Source of the DNA: Lingula anatina
Lineage: Eukaryota; Animalia; Brachiopoda
Assembly: GCA_051362555.1 (NCBI GenBank)
Contig: CM120647.1
Location: 7,626,001 to 7,690,000, forward strand
Length of the DNA: 64,000 nt
Direction: 5' to 3'
The notes below the pieces were generated by a model, which was not told where the DNA came from, searched no databases, and worked only from the letters and a program-made list of their open reading frames with translations. Positions 49,700-61,579 of the stretch are shown in pieces (positions within the stretch are counted from its first letter, which is position 1; each line of letters opens with the position of its first letter). Made by a program: the position numbers and the translations under genes.

Positions 49700-51805
49700 T
49701 TTGTTTGCGTTCAGCATAGTATTAATCCGAAACCAATGCATAGACAAATTTTATCAAAAGCAATAAAGTAAATTAATATCATATAGTCATAAAAATATTA
49801 TAAAGCTATCTGTTCAAACACCCTCTTACACTAAAGTGTGCTCGCAAAGATCAATGTACTGTCTCTACACACATTTAAGAAGTCAAGCCATGCTCAAATT
49901 GAATCAAACTTAATATAGAAATATGCATTAGCATATTTTAAAGTAAAAATGCGTATAATGTGCTTTCAAGCGTCTTGTGCGTCAAAAACCATAAACACGG
50001 GCAATGGGATAGAAAGTTTCCAAAAAAATGGTTTCATCTGTTATTATATTGGTAACGGTCATACAATGCCAACGTTTTGACAGATTACAGGTACAAATCA
50101 TCATAAAATAGCAAAAAAATATATAGATACAACAATTTGCAAAATATAAACATGGAATGCTGTTGAATCTGTGATACATAGGCCATTTTTGCTAGCTCAA
50201 TTGATCAACTGAATATTTGGAGAGAAAATGGGACATAACTGCAGAATCACTGCAGAATAATTGATTTCAAAATGTACAGGTCAGTAAATTAACCATTGCT
50301 CCAAATTTTTGGAAATTTCTCGCTAAATTAATGTTGCTTCGTTATATCAGAGCTGCTTTCGCAACCTTCCATTTAAGTTAGGAAATTAAACCATCTAAAT
50401 TCAAACTGCCATTATAATGCATTTGAAAGGCACAATAATGACAGCCCCTTTAATTACGTTAAGCAATAGTAAATGGCTTGTCAAAACATCATTTATCTGT
50501 TTTGATAGCATCGTGTAAAGCAGCTGTATTTTATATAAGATTATCAAATACAATACAACAGTGTGAGAGATCAGCATCCTAATCAAACAATTCGACAGAC
50601 AAAAAATTAATGGCTTTAACTCGTCACCAAATATGGTAGTAAGAATCCATTGCTTTTTTATTCGAAGCTTTTCTGGAATCGCTGGTATATGATACAGGCC
50701 ATTCAAAAACAATCTATCATCCTATATGTCCTGATCCTGCAATGATTTTGTGATTTTGCGTTCTATAGTTTTAAATCACCAGAGAAATCGTTTTGTTCGA
50801 AGTAACACGTTATAGCTGGAAACCAGGACATCCTCGTTGGTCTTGTTTTAATTTCTCTTTATCGTTTACATTACCGATGTAACATTTACTTATTTACTTG
50901 CATTTACTTGTTGCTCACTTTATCCTTTTGTCTGTTTGTTTTGGTAAGCACAGTTTATCTTGTTCCCGACGTTTGTTTTGACACATGTCAGTATCAACCG
51001 TTTGTTTACAGGAACATCATTTATTGTGTCAATTCGATGTTTATACATATTTTCTGAACCTTACTCAAAATTGGGTTCCCATACCTAGATCGGTCTACAG
51101 GAGCGCTCTAACTCCGAGGGGTATCTCGCAAAATAGCTCTCAGGTAAAGCCACTTAGATGTCTGGCACTGAAGCTGCGATAATTAATTAACCCCTAGCAG
51201 CTTCAGTAGGGGTGACAGACATATAGTCCCTTAAGTTGATAGCAATTTAGTGAGAATCCCCTCGGAGATAGATCTATCCACAGTTAGCACGATAGGGTCT
51301 GGGAATGGTCCCTGAAATGTCGATAGCAAAAACATCACAACTTCGTCTTATCAGTATATACACCTGTTATTATTTCATCCTAACCCATGTCTTAATATGC
51401 ACGTTTTACATTTAATTCATCCGCTTTGAATAAAGCTACTTTATCCGATAGCCTCTAACCTTCCCATAGAGCCTTGTTTTCAATTAAAATAAGCTAAAAT
51501 ATAATTTTAGTTACTAATACTTGAATAATATTTAAAAGTTACAAATACAATGAATGAAGGCGTAAGTCAATAACTTTACAAAATTATTATTATTACTATT
51601 ATAATTATCATTACCTGAAGCTGGGCGTATCTTCTATGAATACAATGGCTCCGGTCACCATACTCGACAACATACTAACTATCAAAAGTAACACATATAT
51701 CAGTTTTTGGTAAGTTCCAAATTCTCCAATCAGAATAAGGATATCGTCGAAGTCCTTAATGTCACTGTCACAACAGTCTTCTCTTTCTTCATTATTCTCC
51801 TCCAT
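43763..51805 (-). CDS. SLC22 organic cation transporter-like protein, gene B (~565 aa); exons 51805-51615, 49558-49339, 49060-48957, 47639-47491, 47219-47048, 46491-46279, 45924-45701, 45251-45067, 44581-44427, 43847-43763
   Basis: Same motifs and exon sizes as gene A, except exon 4 is 149 nt (in-frame 6-nt deletion). Total 1698 nt, ending MENTAL*. Confidence 0.92.
43993..44354. mobile_element. Kolobok-like non-autonomous element (~360 bp) in the last intron of gene B
   Basis: TTGA|AGGGATAATAACTCTTCGT...ACGAAGAGTTATTATCCCT|TTAA: 19-bp TIR at a TTAA-like target. The same terminus appears at 2952 and ~63920-63940. Confidence 0.75.
47739..48628. mobile_element. CMC/EnSpm-like non-autonomous element (~890 bp) with AACGTT subterminal repeats
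   Basis: TT|CCCAGCAGACA...TTTGCCCGCTGGG|TT, with many TCAACGTT/AACGTTG repeats near both ends; 2-bp TSD. Confidence 0.75.
51070..51312. mobile_element. Palindromic MITE related to 17558-17814
   Basis: GGGTTCCCATACCTAGATCGG...GATAGGGTCTGGGAATGGTCCC; interior colinear with 17558-17814. Confidence 0.65.
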
Positions 51806-52731
51806 GTTTGGTTGGTTCGTTGCTGTAGATGAATAAAAATCAGTCAAGAATGGCAAGAGAGTATACTAACTCACGGTACATGTACGCTTAACAATACATT
51901 TACCGTCTTTCTTATACTACATAACCCCAACCGTTCACAACGGTTTTAATAGTGGTTGGAACTGGATATATATGATGAATGGACCTCTGCTTGCTGCCAC
52001 ATTCCGTGAATGATCTTGCTATTCTCTTGACAACAAGAATATTGCGTTGTACTCAGGTATTTCCCAGGATTGGGAGTGCAGACAGTCCAGAATCACCACC
52101 TGTAATATCCTACCAATTTTCAGGGAGTCCAAGTATGTCTAAAGCCGTAATATTTTAAAAAAATAATAATAATAAGCCGTCCAGCCGTCGTTGCAAATAT
52201 AGACCGTCTGGTGATGCTGGCGACCGTCCAAATGACGGCTGAACGGTTCGCTGGGAAAACCGAATGCTGTACTACATCTGTATGTTGAGGCAGCACATCC
52301 ACCGTGGTAGTGCATTACTGTGCTTATTTACTCGATCCTACGCCCACAACATCGCAGTCTTTCGAATCTCAAGCAAGTTATTTGTGACAACTGTTGTTTT
52401 TTTTTTTTCAACCGCGCAAGTTGCTGACGTGACTGATCATGGCATAAATACGATTAATATATTGTGTAGGTTCTTACACCTGGATAAAGCATTCAGCCTC
52501 TTTCTACGACGCAAATATCTTTCCCTGGTCATTTCTTTAGATACCTCAGCCGCTTTGGAAACCCTTCTGTTTTTCGGTCAATAAAATGTCTTTTCATCGG
52601 AATTTTTTTATTCTTATAATTTACACACTTTTAAGTGACTTCTCAAAGATGAATAATAAACACAATTAATAATCAAATTATTATCTGATTACACATTTAT
52701 AAATTTAAGAAGTTATCTCCAAATACGTTAC

Positions 52732-52876
52732 CTGTGCAAACCGCAATATAAAATGAGCAGTTTTTCATTCGTTACGTGCCAAACAAAATTGGATAGCGAA
52801 ATGAGACAAAACCAAGCACCTTTTCGTTCACGTCCTGCATGTTATAGTAAATTGACATCGTCTAATGGTTTATATA
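52732..52876 (-). promoter_or_regulatory. Putative TATA box and non-coding first exon of SLC22 gene B
   Basis: Minus-strand TATATAAA at 52876-52869 and donor CAG|GTAACG at 52732/52731. The coding exon has an acceptor 17 nt upstream of its ATG (51822). Confidence 0.55.
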
Positions 52877-53292
52877 GAATTTTATCGTTGTGCCGCTCCG
52901 CTCCCAACGTGCGTACAATTCAAATATACCACCCCCAATTGGAAAACAGAGCTTGTTTCACACCATCAGGCTACCAGCCAGCAGCCGAATCAAAACGTTC
53001 CACAGCAATCGCCTCTAACACAATTGACGACCATGGTAATTACACTAGTCACATTTATTAGATGTATGAATGCCCTAATTGTAAAATCTGAAAAAAAAAT
53101 GTCATTCCGGTGTAAAGTGACAGAGAGTTCCCCGTGATAGAGAGTCCGCTTCCCATTCACTTGTATAGGTAAGCTGCGCACTAGATTTTGACCCACTTAA
53201 GTCAGGCTAACCCTAACCATTAAAAGTATATTGAAGGTGGATGTTCTGTTACGTCGGAACCGCTAAGGGCACCACTACCACCAGCCGTTTCA

Positions 53293-53441
53293 TCACAATG
53301 CAGTATCCTCCAGTACAATCGGATGTACACGTGCCTGACCCCCGCTTTGATTGCTAGAACTACGTGGCCTCCGGCTGTAAAATAGAAATGACAAATTTAG
53401 GAAAATGCATAATTTGTTCCAGATTCCAGGAATTTAATTAA

Positions 53442-53473
<32 letters not shown>

Positions 53474-54716
53474 GGGAGAGATTGGGAGGGGGGATATGTG
53501 TAAATAATGTAGGAGAGAGAGCTGACAGAGAGAAAGAAAATTCAGAAGGGAGGAAAACATACTCTGAGCTGAGCGCCCAATTGTTAAGTCATTACACGTT
53601 CAATTTTGAAATAACGATTTGTATTAGTGAGCCCAATTAATAGAACCCTTCACTAAAATAACTTACTATTTAAAACTGTTTGCGTCTTCTACCGTTTCAG
53701 GGAGATCTCTGTTTGCTGTCTCTGGCAAAGGGATTGTAGACACCGATGCAAATATGGCTGCGGCTCCAAATATCACAAGCGGCAAGGTATCCTCCCCAAT
53801 ACCTTCCACTTGAATTTCTCTCTGAATTAAATAAACTCAAATATAGATAAAATGAACAATTGATAATTATCTAAATAGTAAATAAATGAAAAATACAAAT
53901 GATAAATGACAAAGAACTTGAAAATAATAACACAACACATGATTAATACTATTTCCAGGCCATAACTCACCACGATGACCGGAGAGAGCATGGATCCAAG
54001 ACTGGCACAAACTGAAGCCAGACCCAAACTGAAGTTTCGGGTAACGGTGGGGAATATTTCAATGCCCCAGATATATATGATATTATAGCCTGCAGCCACC
54101 CCAAACTTTCCGACCGTGGACAGTGTGATCTTGATGTAGTTAGTAGATTCCAGATCTAAAAGAAAATATACAACAGACAGACTCAACACTTCAAAATCTA
54201 CAGTTTTAAACGTTCTTTTTCTGCTCAAACATTGTAGCCACTTTAACAGTTTCCATCTTTAGAATTACGTAAGAGTTCACCCTCTGGCACCACAAGGGTC
54301 CGTAGTATAGTATACAAACCTTAAGAAGATTTAACAATTTGAGATTAAACTCAACCGCTGTGGTGAGAATGGTAAACTAAGAGCACCAAACAGGCAATGT
54401 GATATTACAAAATTTCAGATCTTCCTGTTCCAGTATTTCCAAGGCATTGTGTTTTGTTGTTCCCAAGATCAAATTTTAGAAAAAAGTACCACTAATTGTG
54501 AGTTCTTGGTGGTCATGTTTATAATTTCATGTTTAAATCTTCTTCGCATATCTTTAATGGGTTTCCAAATTAAATTAACTATGCTTATATTTCCAAGATG
54601 GTGAATAGAAGTACAACCATGAGAAAAATGAAATTAATACATAATAATGAAAAAATTGGAATTAAGTCTAATTGTACATTAAGTTAGTTCGGTTAACCTC
54701 TCCCTATATTATTATG

Positions 54717-54748
<32 letters not shown>

Positions 54749-57700
54749 CACCGTTATTTGCGTATAACTGCACAAGGAGAGACGAGAGACATGCCAGGCC
54801 GCCCACTACCATACACAAAATGTATATCTTCTTCCTTCCAAATCTGTCGATAGTGAAACACAATGCATATGCAGGTAATTCCACTATTGAGAGGAGAAAG
54901 AAGTTGAGGTAGAGATTTCCGGCCATGTTTCCAGCATGAAGGTTTATTCCATAATACGTCATATCCAGGACAAGCCTGCAAGTAAAACAATGGTACCTTA
55001 TGACTGACACGTACTGATTTTTTGGAGAGGAAAGGATACAAATGTCTACTTTAAAAAAACGCGAAGCAAGGCAATTAGACCTATTATTCCTTACTAGAAG
55101 AAATTGTGTTCAATTTATAATGTAATTTATAACCAGGTAAATTTGCCAATCAGAATGACATGTACCAGTTGATGAATAAAAGCAGCATTTTAACCATCAG
55201 TCTTGGCGCACGCAGCAAAGCCCGAGCACTTGAAGTTGGAGGCTCGTTGATTTCAACTTTTTCTACCAGACCCTGGGGAAGGGTAGTCTTGTTTATTCTC
55301 GCTGTACGTCTTAAGATTAGCTCAGCTTCTGAATGGCGTCCTTTAGTAAGCAACCACCTAGGAGACTCGTGCAGAAACCTAAGAACGACAGGAAAAGATT
55401 GACCAGTTTACCTTGATTCCGGAAGTAGTTGATCTACATGTAAATTTGGAATAGAAATTATTTTTCAAATGTTTTACATGAACCGATGTCTTACAAGTCA
55501 CAATACAAGGGACTATATTCGTGTCCAAGCAAAACGCACAAAGTGTTCGGTTCTTATTTTAAGAAACTTTGAAACGTGCAATCTATTTTCTTCTTCGTGT
55601 AATTAGCTTTTTGACTTTTTGGGGTAAAATATTCCATTAAATATGAATACCTTTCCTTTTCCCTCTGTGTTTTTTCTTAAATAATACATGCATATAATAA
55701 TCGAAGATATGAAACATTTGGTAGATGCTGTATTGTACTACCTACCACAACATTACACAAGTCAATAACAAAAATGGCGTTGCCACTGCTATCTGTAAAT
55801 AGCGCCAGTCTCTCAGGAAGTAGGCTATTCCTGTAGTGATTGCCCCTCCCCCCGCATAAATGATCGCCAACCCAGTGCCCGCCGCCATTCGTTTGCTGGG
55901 ACCCACCATCTCCAAAGCTGAAACGGGCGAGAAAATTACTGAATGTTGTACAAAAATGAAACTGACCTGAATGACGAAATCAAAATTATTGGTTTCCAAA
56001 GAAGCTTAGTAATAGTATGTTTCTTACTACATAAATGAGGCGTGACGTTCACACTTTTCTCAAACGGTTTTGATGACACTACTGACAGGGGGATTGCCTC
56101 CTAATTACGACCATAAACTGCTGAGGTCACATCGGCGAGCCAGTGACGTGCCTGTAGAATCTTTACGTATGGATCGAAAACCCATGCTATACTTGTAGGT
56201 AAGGGATAACGCTATACTTTCCTTATACACATTATCAATTAATTAATATTTGATCATTATTATGTTGGTCCGCGGATCAAAGTGTTCTAAATGTACCAGA
56301 AGGGAGGCTTTCAGCAGGATCCCCTAAGCATTTGTGCAGCCTATGGCCATTGATAACATACCAAATGTGCTGGCCAAATTATACAAGTTGCTCATGCCAA
56401 AGCCCAACATAAACCGCATTCCAACACTCCACTCGTAGGTTGGTGAAACGGCCCACGCTATTCCCGCCAGCCCACTGATACTCAACCCAAGAAGCAGCGA
56501 CATCTTTCGTCCAACACTGAAATATTGATTTTGTATTTTTCAGAATTTTATGGACATTGTTAATAGTTCATGTACTTCGTTAATAATTCATTCTTCGTCA
56601 AAAAGGCTGTCCAACCGTTAGCCTCTTGTGCTTTTCTTAACAAATGATCATATGACAGCAACTTTTCTTTTATTCCATATACTGTTTCTAACAAGACTGT
56701 GGTTAAGAAAAGTCAAAATACCAAAGAAAACGTAGAAGATATTAACAAGTTGTAGCATTTATTCAAATTAAGAACATGAGTCAAATCAAAAAATTATATT
56801 TCACGGTGACTTCCATAAAAGAGAAAAATGGCCATAAAGGACGCTGCCAAATGTCATCAAGCATCAAAATGCGTTCTTTAAAATACCGACTTATTTCATT
56901 CACTGTTTATAAAACTGATGAATTTTAATAAAACGAACCGATGGCGCAAATAAACCTACATGTAGTTTAAACATGTAAAAAGAAGTGTTCATTAAATTAT
57001 ACAAATTAATGTGTATTAAATACTTTAACACAGTTAAGGCATTTTACGTTAACACAGTTAAGGCATTGGCGTTACATATCCATCAGACAGTCATAAAATT
57101 TGCATTATCATTTCCCTCTCAATTTTACGTGAACGATATGATAACTTTCCTTCTCTGTGTGCGTTGATACTTCAGCCCAAGAACATCGCATAATTATTTG
57201 CTTTTGTATTCAATATGCAAAATACTATAGTACAGGCAACTACATATTCACACATATTCATTCAACGCCGTTCGTATTCCACTCGAGTGAATTAGTAATA
57301 CTCATTTCATTTATCTGTCAAGAAAATAGGAAAACATGATAAAAAAAGCAATTTGGAAAAAAATCCTTATTAAACGTCAAATCTGTAGTACTGTGCAGAC
57401 AACGTTCTAATACATGGGCAATCAACGCCACTTGAAATCTACCAGAGTAAATTATTAATACTCACACATCGGACAGCACCCCAAATAACGGTCCTCCAAT
57501 CAAGTATCCTAGTACGTTGAAAATGTAGGCATTCGTCAGCTTTGTCGAGTCGTCACAAACGAGATTAAACTAATTAAAAAATAGAAACACGAAAAAACAC
57601 ATATCTTATTTCATTTGTAGCCTTCCAATACAAAAATTCTACTGCGTATTTTCGACGTGAATACCCTTCAGTTAATGTCCAAAAAATTGAAAATTGAAAA

Positions 57701-58627
57701 ATTGAAAAATCCTGTACCATCTTCAATAATTGGCTCTTAATGGGACTGTTTATTAAACATAGCGATTAAAGGATTCAATTCTCCTTGCAAAGGAATAACG
57801 AAAACATATAAATGTAAATAATTGACAACTGATTAAAATATATGTACCTGCATCGGATAGGAATATGCCACATCGGTGTTGTCAAACACCCATGCATCAC
57901 ATTTCTCCGGTTCTGTGACGTTTTGACTGACATTCCTCTGATGGCTGATATTTTGAAAAACGGTGCATTCTTCATCAGTGGCATTCATAAACGAAACGTC
58001 AACCATAGCTTGGTGCCATTTTCCCTGGATTTCGAAGGTGTCATTTGGAAGACCAGGTAACTTACACCTTGAAATAATAATTAATAAAATACCCACAGTG
58101 TTACTTATAATGATGACATTTTAAAACTGTTCAATTTCTATACATTTAGCTGAAAGCGTACCTGAGAGTTTTCGTCCTAGCCCTTGGAAATCCATCAGTG
58201 AACTGAAAATAAGTGGCCGTGTATGGTGAACATATAGTAAGAATTGTTCGGTATAACACTGTTCCAGATATGAGACAGGTTGTACCTCCCTTGTCAACTT
58301 TCATCAGAATACCCACAGTGTTGTTATTGATTAATTTGCCATTTCACATGGTCACCGACACTTGCACCGTTAGTTATATACGTAATAGTGGGATGTGTCA
58401 CAGCTTAAAAGACCTGACCTACTTATTATACACACCAGTATAACTAACACTAAGTAGCTCAGTTTTCGGAACACGGTTTCCATTAGCGGATCCAGTGCAC
58501 CAATTATCAGCTCTCCTCTCCCTCGAACATTCCCACAACCAATAAATAAAAGGTCTCCAAAGAGACAAAATTAAGCACATTTTAAGCCTTGTGTCTAATG
58601 TATTATGGTAAAGAAGGCGTCGTTTAC

Positions 58628-58659
<32 letters not shown>

Positions 58660-58849
58660 TGAAGCTGGGCGTGTCTTCTATGAACACAACGGCTGCGTTC
58701 ACCATACTTGCCAACACACTTACTGTCAAAAGTAACACATAAATCAGTTTTTGGTACTTCCCAAATTCTCCAATCAGTATAAGGATATCATCGAAGTCCT
58801 TGGCGTCACTGTCACAACAGTCTTTTCCTCCTTCATTCTTTTCTTCCAT
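53293..58849 (-). CDS. SLC22 organic cation transporter-like protein, gene C (~566 aa); exons 58849-58659, 58067-57848, 57569-57466, 56516-56362, 55917-55746, 55378-55166, 54975-54752, 54155-53971, 53821-53667, 53374-53293
   Basis: FDDILILIGEFGKYQK, FNLVCDDS, SDVVGRK, ESPRWLL, EIFPTVTRN. Exon sizes match gene A except the last. Total 1701 nt, ending LEDTAL*. Confidence 0.92.
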
Positions 58850-60839
58850 GCTTAAATTTGTATTGTTCTTTGTTGGAGCTGAAAAGAAAATGGTTAAAAA
58901 AAATTGCCCAAAGTACGCGTTCTCGTGCTGAGCTTTGAAAATTCTCACAAATTATGTGAGATTGAGCGGGACGCTTGTCGTCTTTTAAAAATTAATTACG
59001 TACTGACACCCCAAACTGGTCACAGCGATAACAGAAGGGGTATTACCGGCACGTTATACAGTTGGTACAGTTGGAACCTATTTCTCCTAGCACTGGAATC
59101 CAATAAGTGCAGCTACGGGATACATTACATTACATTGCCAATTCACTCTCTGAAGTACATGAATGCATTATACCTATGGTTCCCTATTGCCCTGATACTT
59201 ATTCGTCCAGACTAATCACAAGCTGTCATCAGCGAAGTCGACGTGGTACTCGCAGGAAGTTTTAAATCTAACCACCATCCTGTGGTTGGGGAAAAATGTT
59301 TGTTTTGTGGCAATGGTCTTCCACAGCGGTCAACCACAACGTTACCGGTCAATTAGTAGCAAACATATACGAAGGGCACATGCGGACCTGCCTGGCGTGG
59401 AAACTGATGAAATAATACCAAACAAGCTTCATAGACTCTTCATAAAGCATATTTGTTTTTGGCAACTCCCATATTTGATTTATTTGAATTACCTTAACTT
59501 ATCAACTGAATTTATTGCGGCCGGGCGTTTGGAAAAGGTACTTAGAACAATGAAGCACATTTTTGGCGTCCGTTATCCAAGTTAAGCGGCCCCAGTTAAA
59601 CTCAAAGCCAAAAATGTATTATTTTCTGCTAACAAACCAGAGATGTGTATGAATATGAATATACAGATGGTATAGCAAAGCAACTTCTATATTTTACGAC
59701 GTGTCGTACAATATTTTTACATCAAGTTACGATCCATGGGATCATCCAGGACCTCTATTTCCAGGGTATTATGAAATTTTGCGCAAATTTATGTCATATA
59801 TATTTATTTCAATTGCAAAATGTACGTATAGTATATTTTTATGGCCCTTAAATATCCTTTCCCATTTACACATGTATCTAAGTTCATTTTCATATACTGG
59901 TAACTCATAAAGTAATTGTTGGGAGTGGAATGTTTCTATTGTAAAACCATATAAGACCGTCTTGGCCCATTGAGTATGCTTGATAACAGCACTTGAGATG
60001 TTATTGACTTTATTTCACTTTATGGTGCTGTAGATTTAAATATGTTACGGTGTCCCCGAAGTGAATATCTCAAATCGCAATGTTTATCAGCTCATGATAC
60101 ACACATTTATGACCACTTCGGAGACCTATAAACACATGCAGTCTTTGTCAAAAAGGTTACCCTACCTCTTATTCCATTTTTTTTACAAAGCATCGCTTCA
60201 CATTAGTAAACCTTTTTTTTTTCAAAAATGCAATATGTTACATGACTCGTGATACAGTAAATCCAAAAATCCCAAATTCAGAGCATACGCCCACTGAAAT
60301 CTCTAGAATCTGATGTTCCGCAGTTATTTCCACAGGTAAAATAAAATGCATATAAATTTAAAACAACACCACCAAAAAAGGTCAAAGTACGCATGCATCA
60401 ATTGAACTCTCAGGATTTTATGTGTATGTACCCAGAGCCATAGTATTCGTACTGAACACCCGTAAAATCCGTTTTGCCAGTATTTCAGTGCCTCCCAATA
60501 AAACACTTTCGTTTTAGTACTTAGACCCCCCTTTTTATTAATTTTCTATAAAAAGTTCTATCGCTCATTGCATGCCTGTTAGTACATGAAAAACGATTTG
60601 TTTAATGTTTATCAAGATCATTTTATCAAATTTGTCATCATAAAGAGCCGTGTATATGACCCTGCATATGTAATGACCTAGAAAGGAAAAGGAGCGTGTG
60701 ACCTAGCTCCTCTCTAGATAAGGTTACAAGCACTGTATCAATTTTTCCAAACTTTTCCCCCCAAGGCTGGCATAACGTCATCCAGGTAAGTGCTGTAGTA
60801 ATACTCTAAAGCATGCGATGGGATTTTTGAGGGGTAGGG

Positions 60840-61007
60840 CAGGGGCGGATTTAGGCCGTCTTCAGGGTCTTCCGGAAGACGGTCAGATTTTCAAGTTTAC
60901 ATTGACGGGTATTTAATTTTTTCTGTCGGAAGACGGTCAAAAATGGAGGATGGATCAACAAAGATAATTTGGAAGACTGTCAGAAAATATCTCTGGATCC
61001 GCCCCTG
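60840..61007. mobile_element. hAT-like MITE (CAGGGGCGGAT...ATCCGCCCCTG); truncated copy at ~61841-61993 and a relative at ~62520-62730
   Basis: 11-bp TIR. The second copy is nearly identical internally (GCCGTCTTC..GGTCTTCCG.AAGACGGTCAGATTTT). A clean 8-bp TSD is not seen; only TAGGG is repeated. Confidence 0.65.
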
Positions 61008-61548
61008 TAGGGGTGATTGCAATAACGGCCTCATCATTCCGAATGTGTATCTACAGTCCTCTACTGACACATGCGTTTAAATGCATTAAAATAAGAACCC
61101 GGCGATGCAGCTTGGTTGACGAGGATAAAGCACCAGCTTTATCGTACATTTTATAATGTACAGTTGGATGCTTGCAGGTACGACCCGGTTTTAAGAGTGC
61201 AGAACGTCATTTCCATCTTGCTTCCTGTTGTTTTGTTTCATTATCAAAAGTCTTAAATAGGAATTCAGGAGAATAAATGATAATTTTCAGTTTGCCTATA
61301 CAATGGAGTGAGATATGGAGGATAAACAGTAACTTCAACCTATTTGTAAAACAGAACATTTCGATAACTTACTGGTAGAAAAACATAAATTAATGTCAGG
61401 TGTACGCGGGTACATGTTTACAATTAAAATATACAGCCGGTCTCTAAGGAAAACATCTACCCATAAACGGCATGCAGTCAGACGCTTCTTTGCATTTAAA
61501 AATTACGTAGAATGCTATGTGTGTGTGCGTGCGTGCGTGCGAGCGTGC

Positions 61549-61579
<31 letters not shown>

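Noticed and set aside
59493-59560. Upstream ATG exon (MCFIVLSTFSKRPAAINSVDKL) as an N-terminal extension of SLC22 gene C
   Set aside because: Splicing it to the 58878 acceptor is out of frame with the transporter, so it is at most a 5' UTR exon with a uORF.
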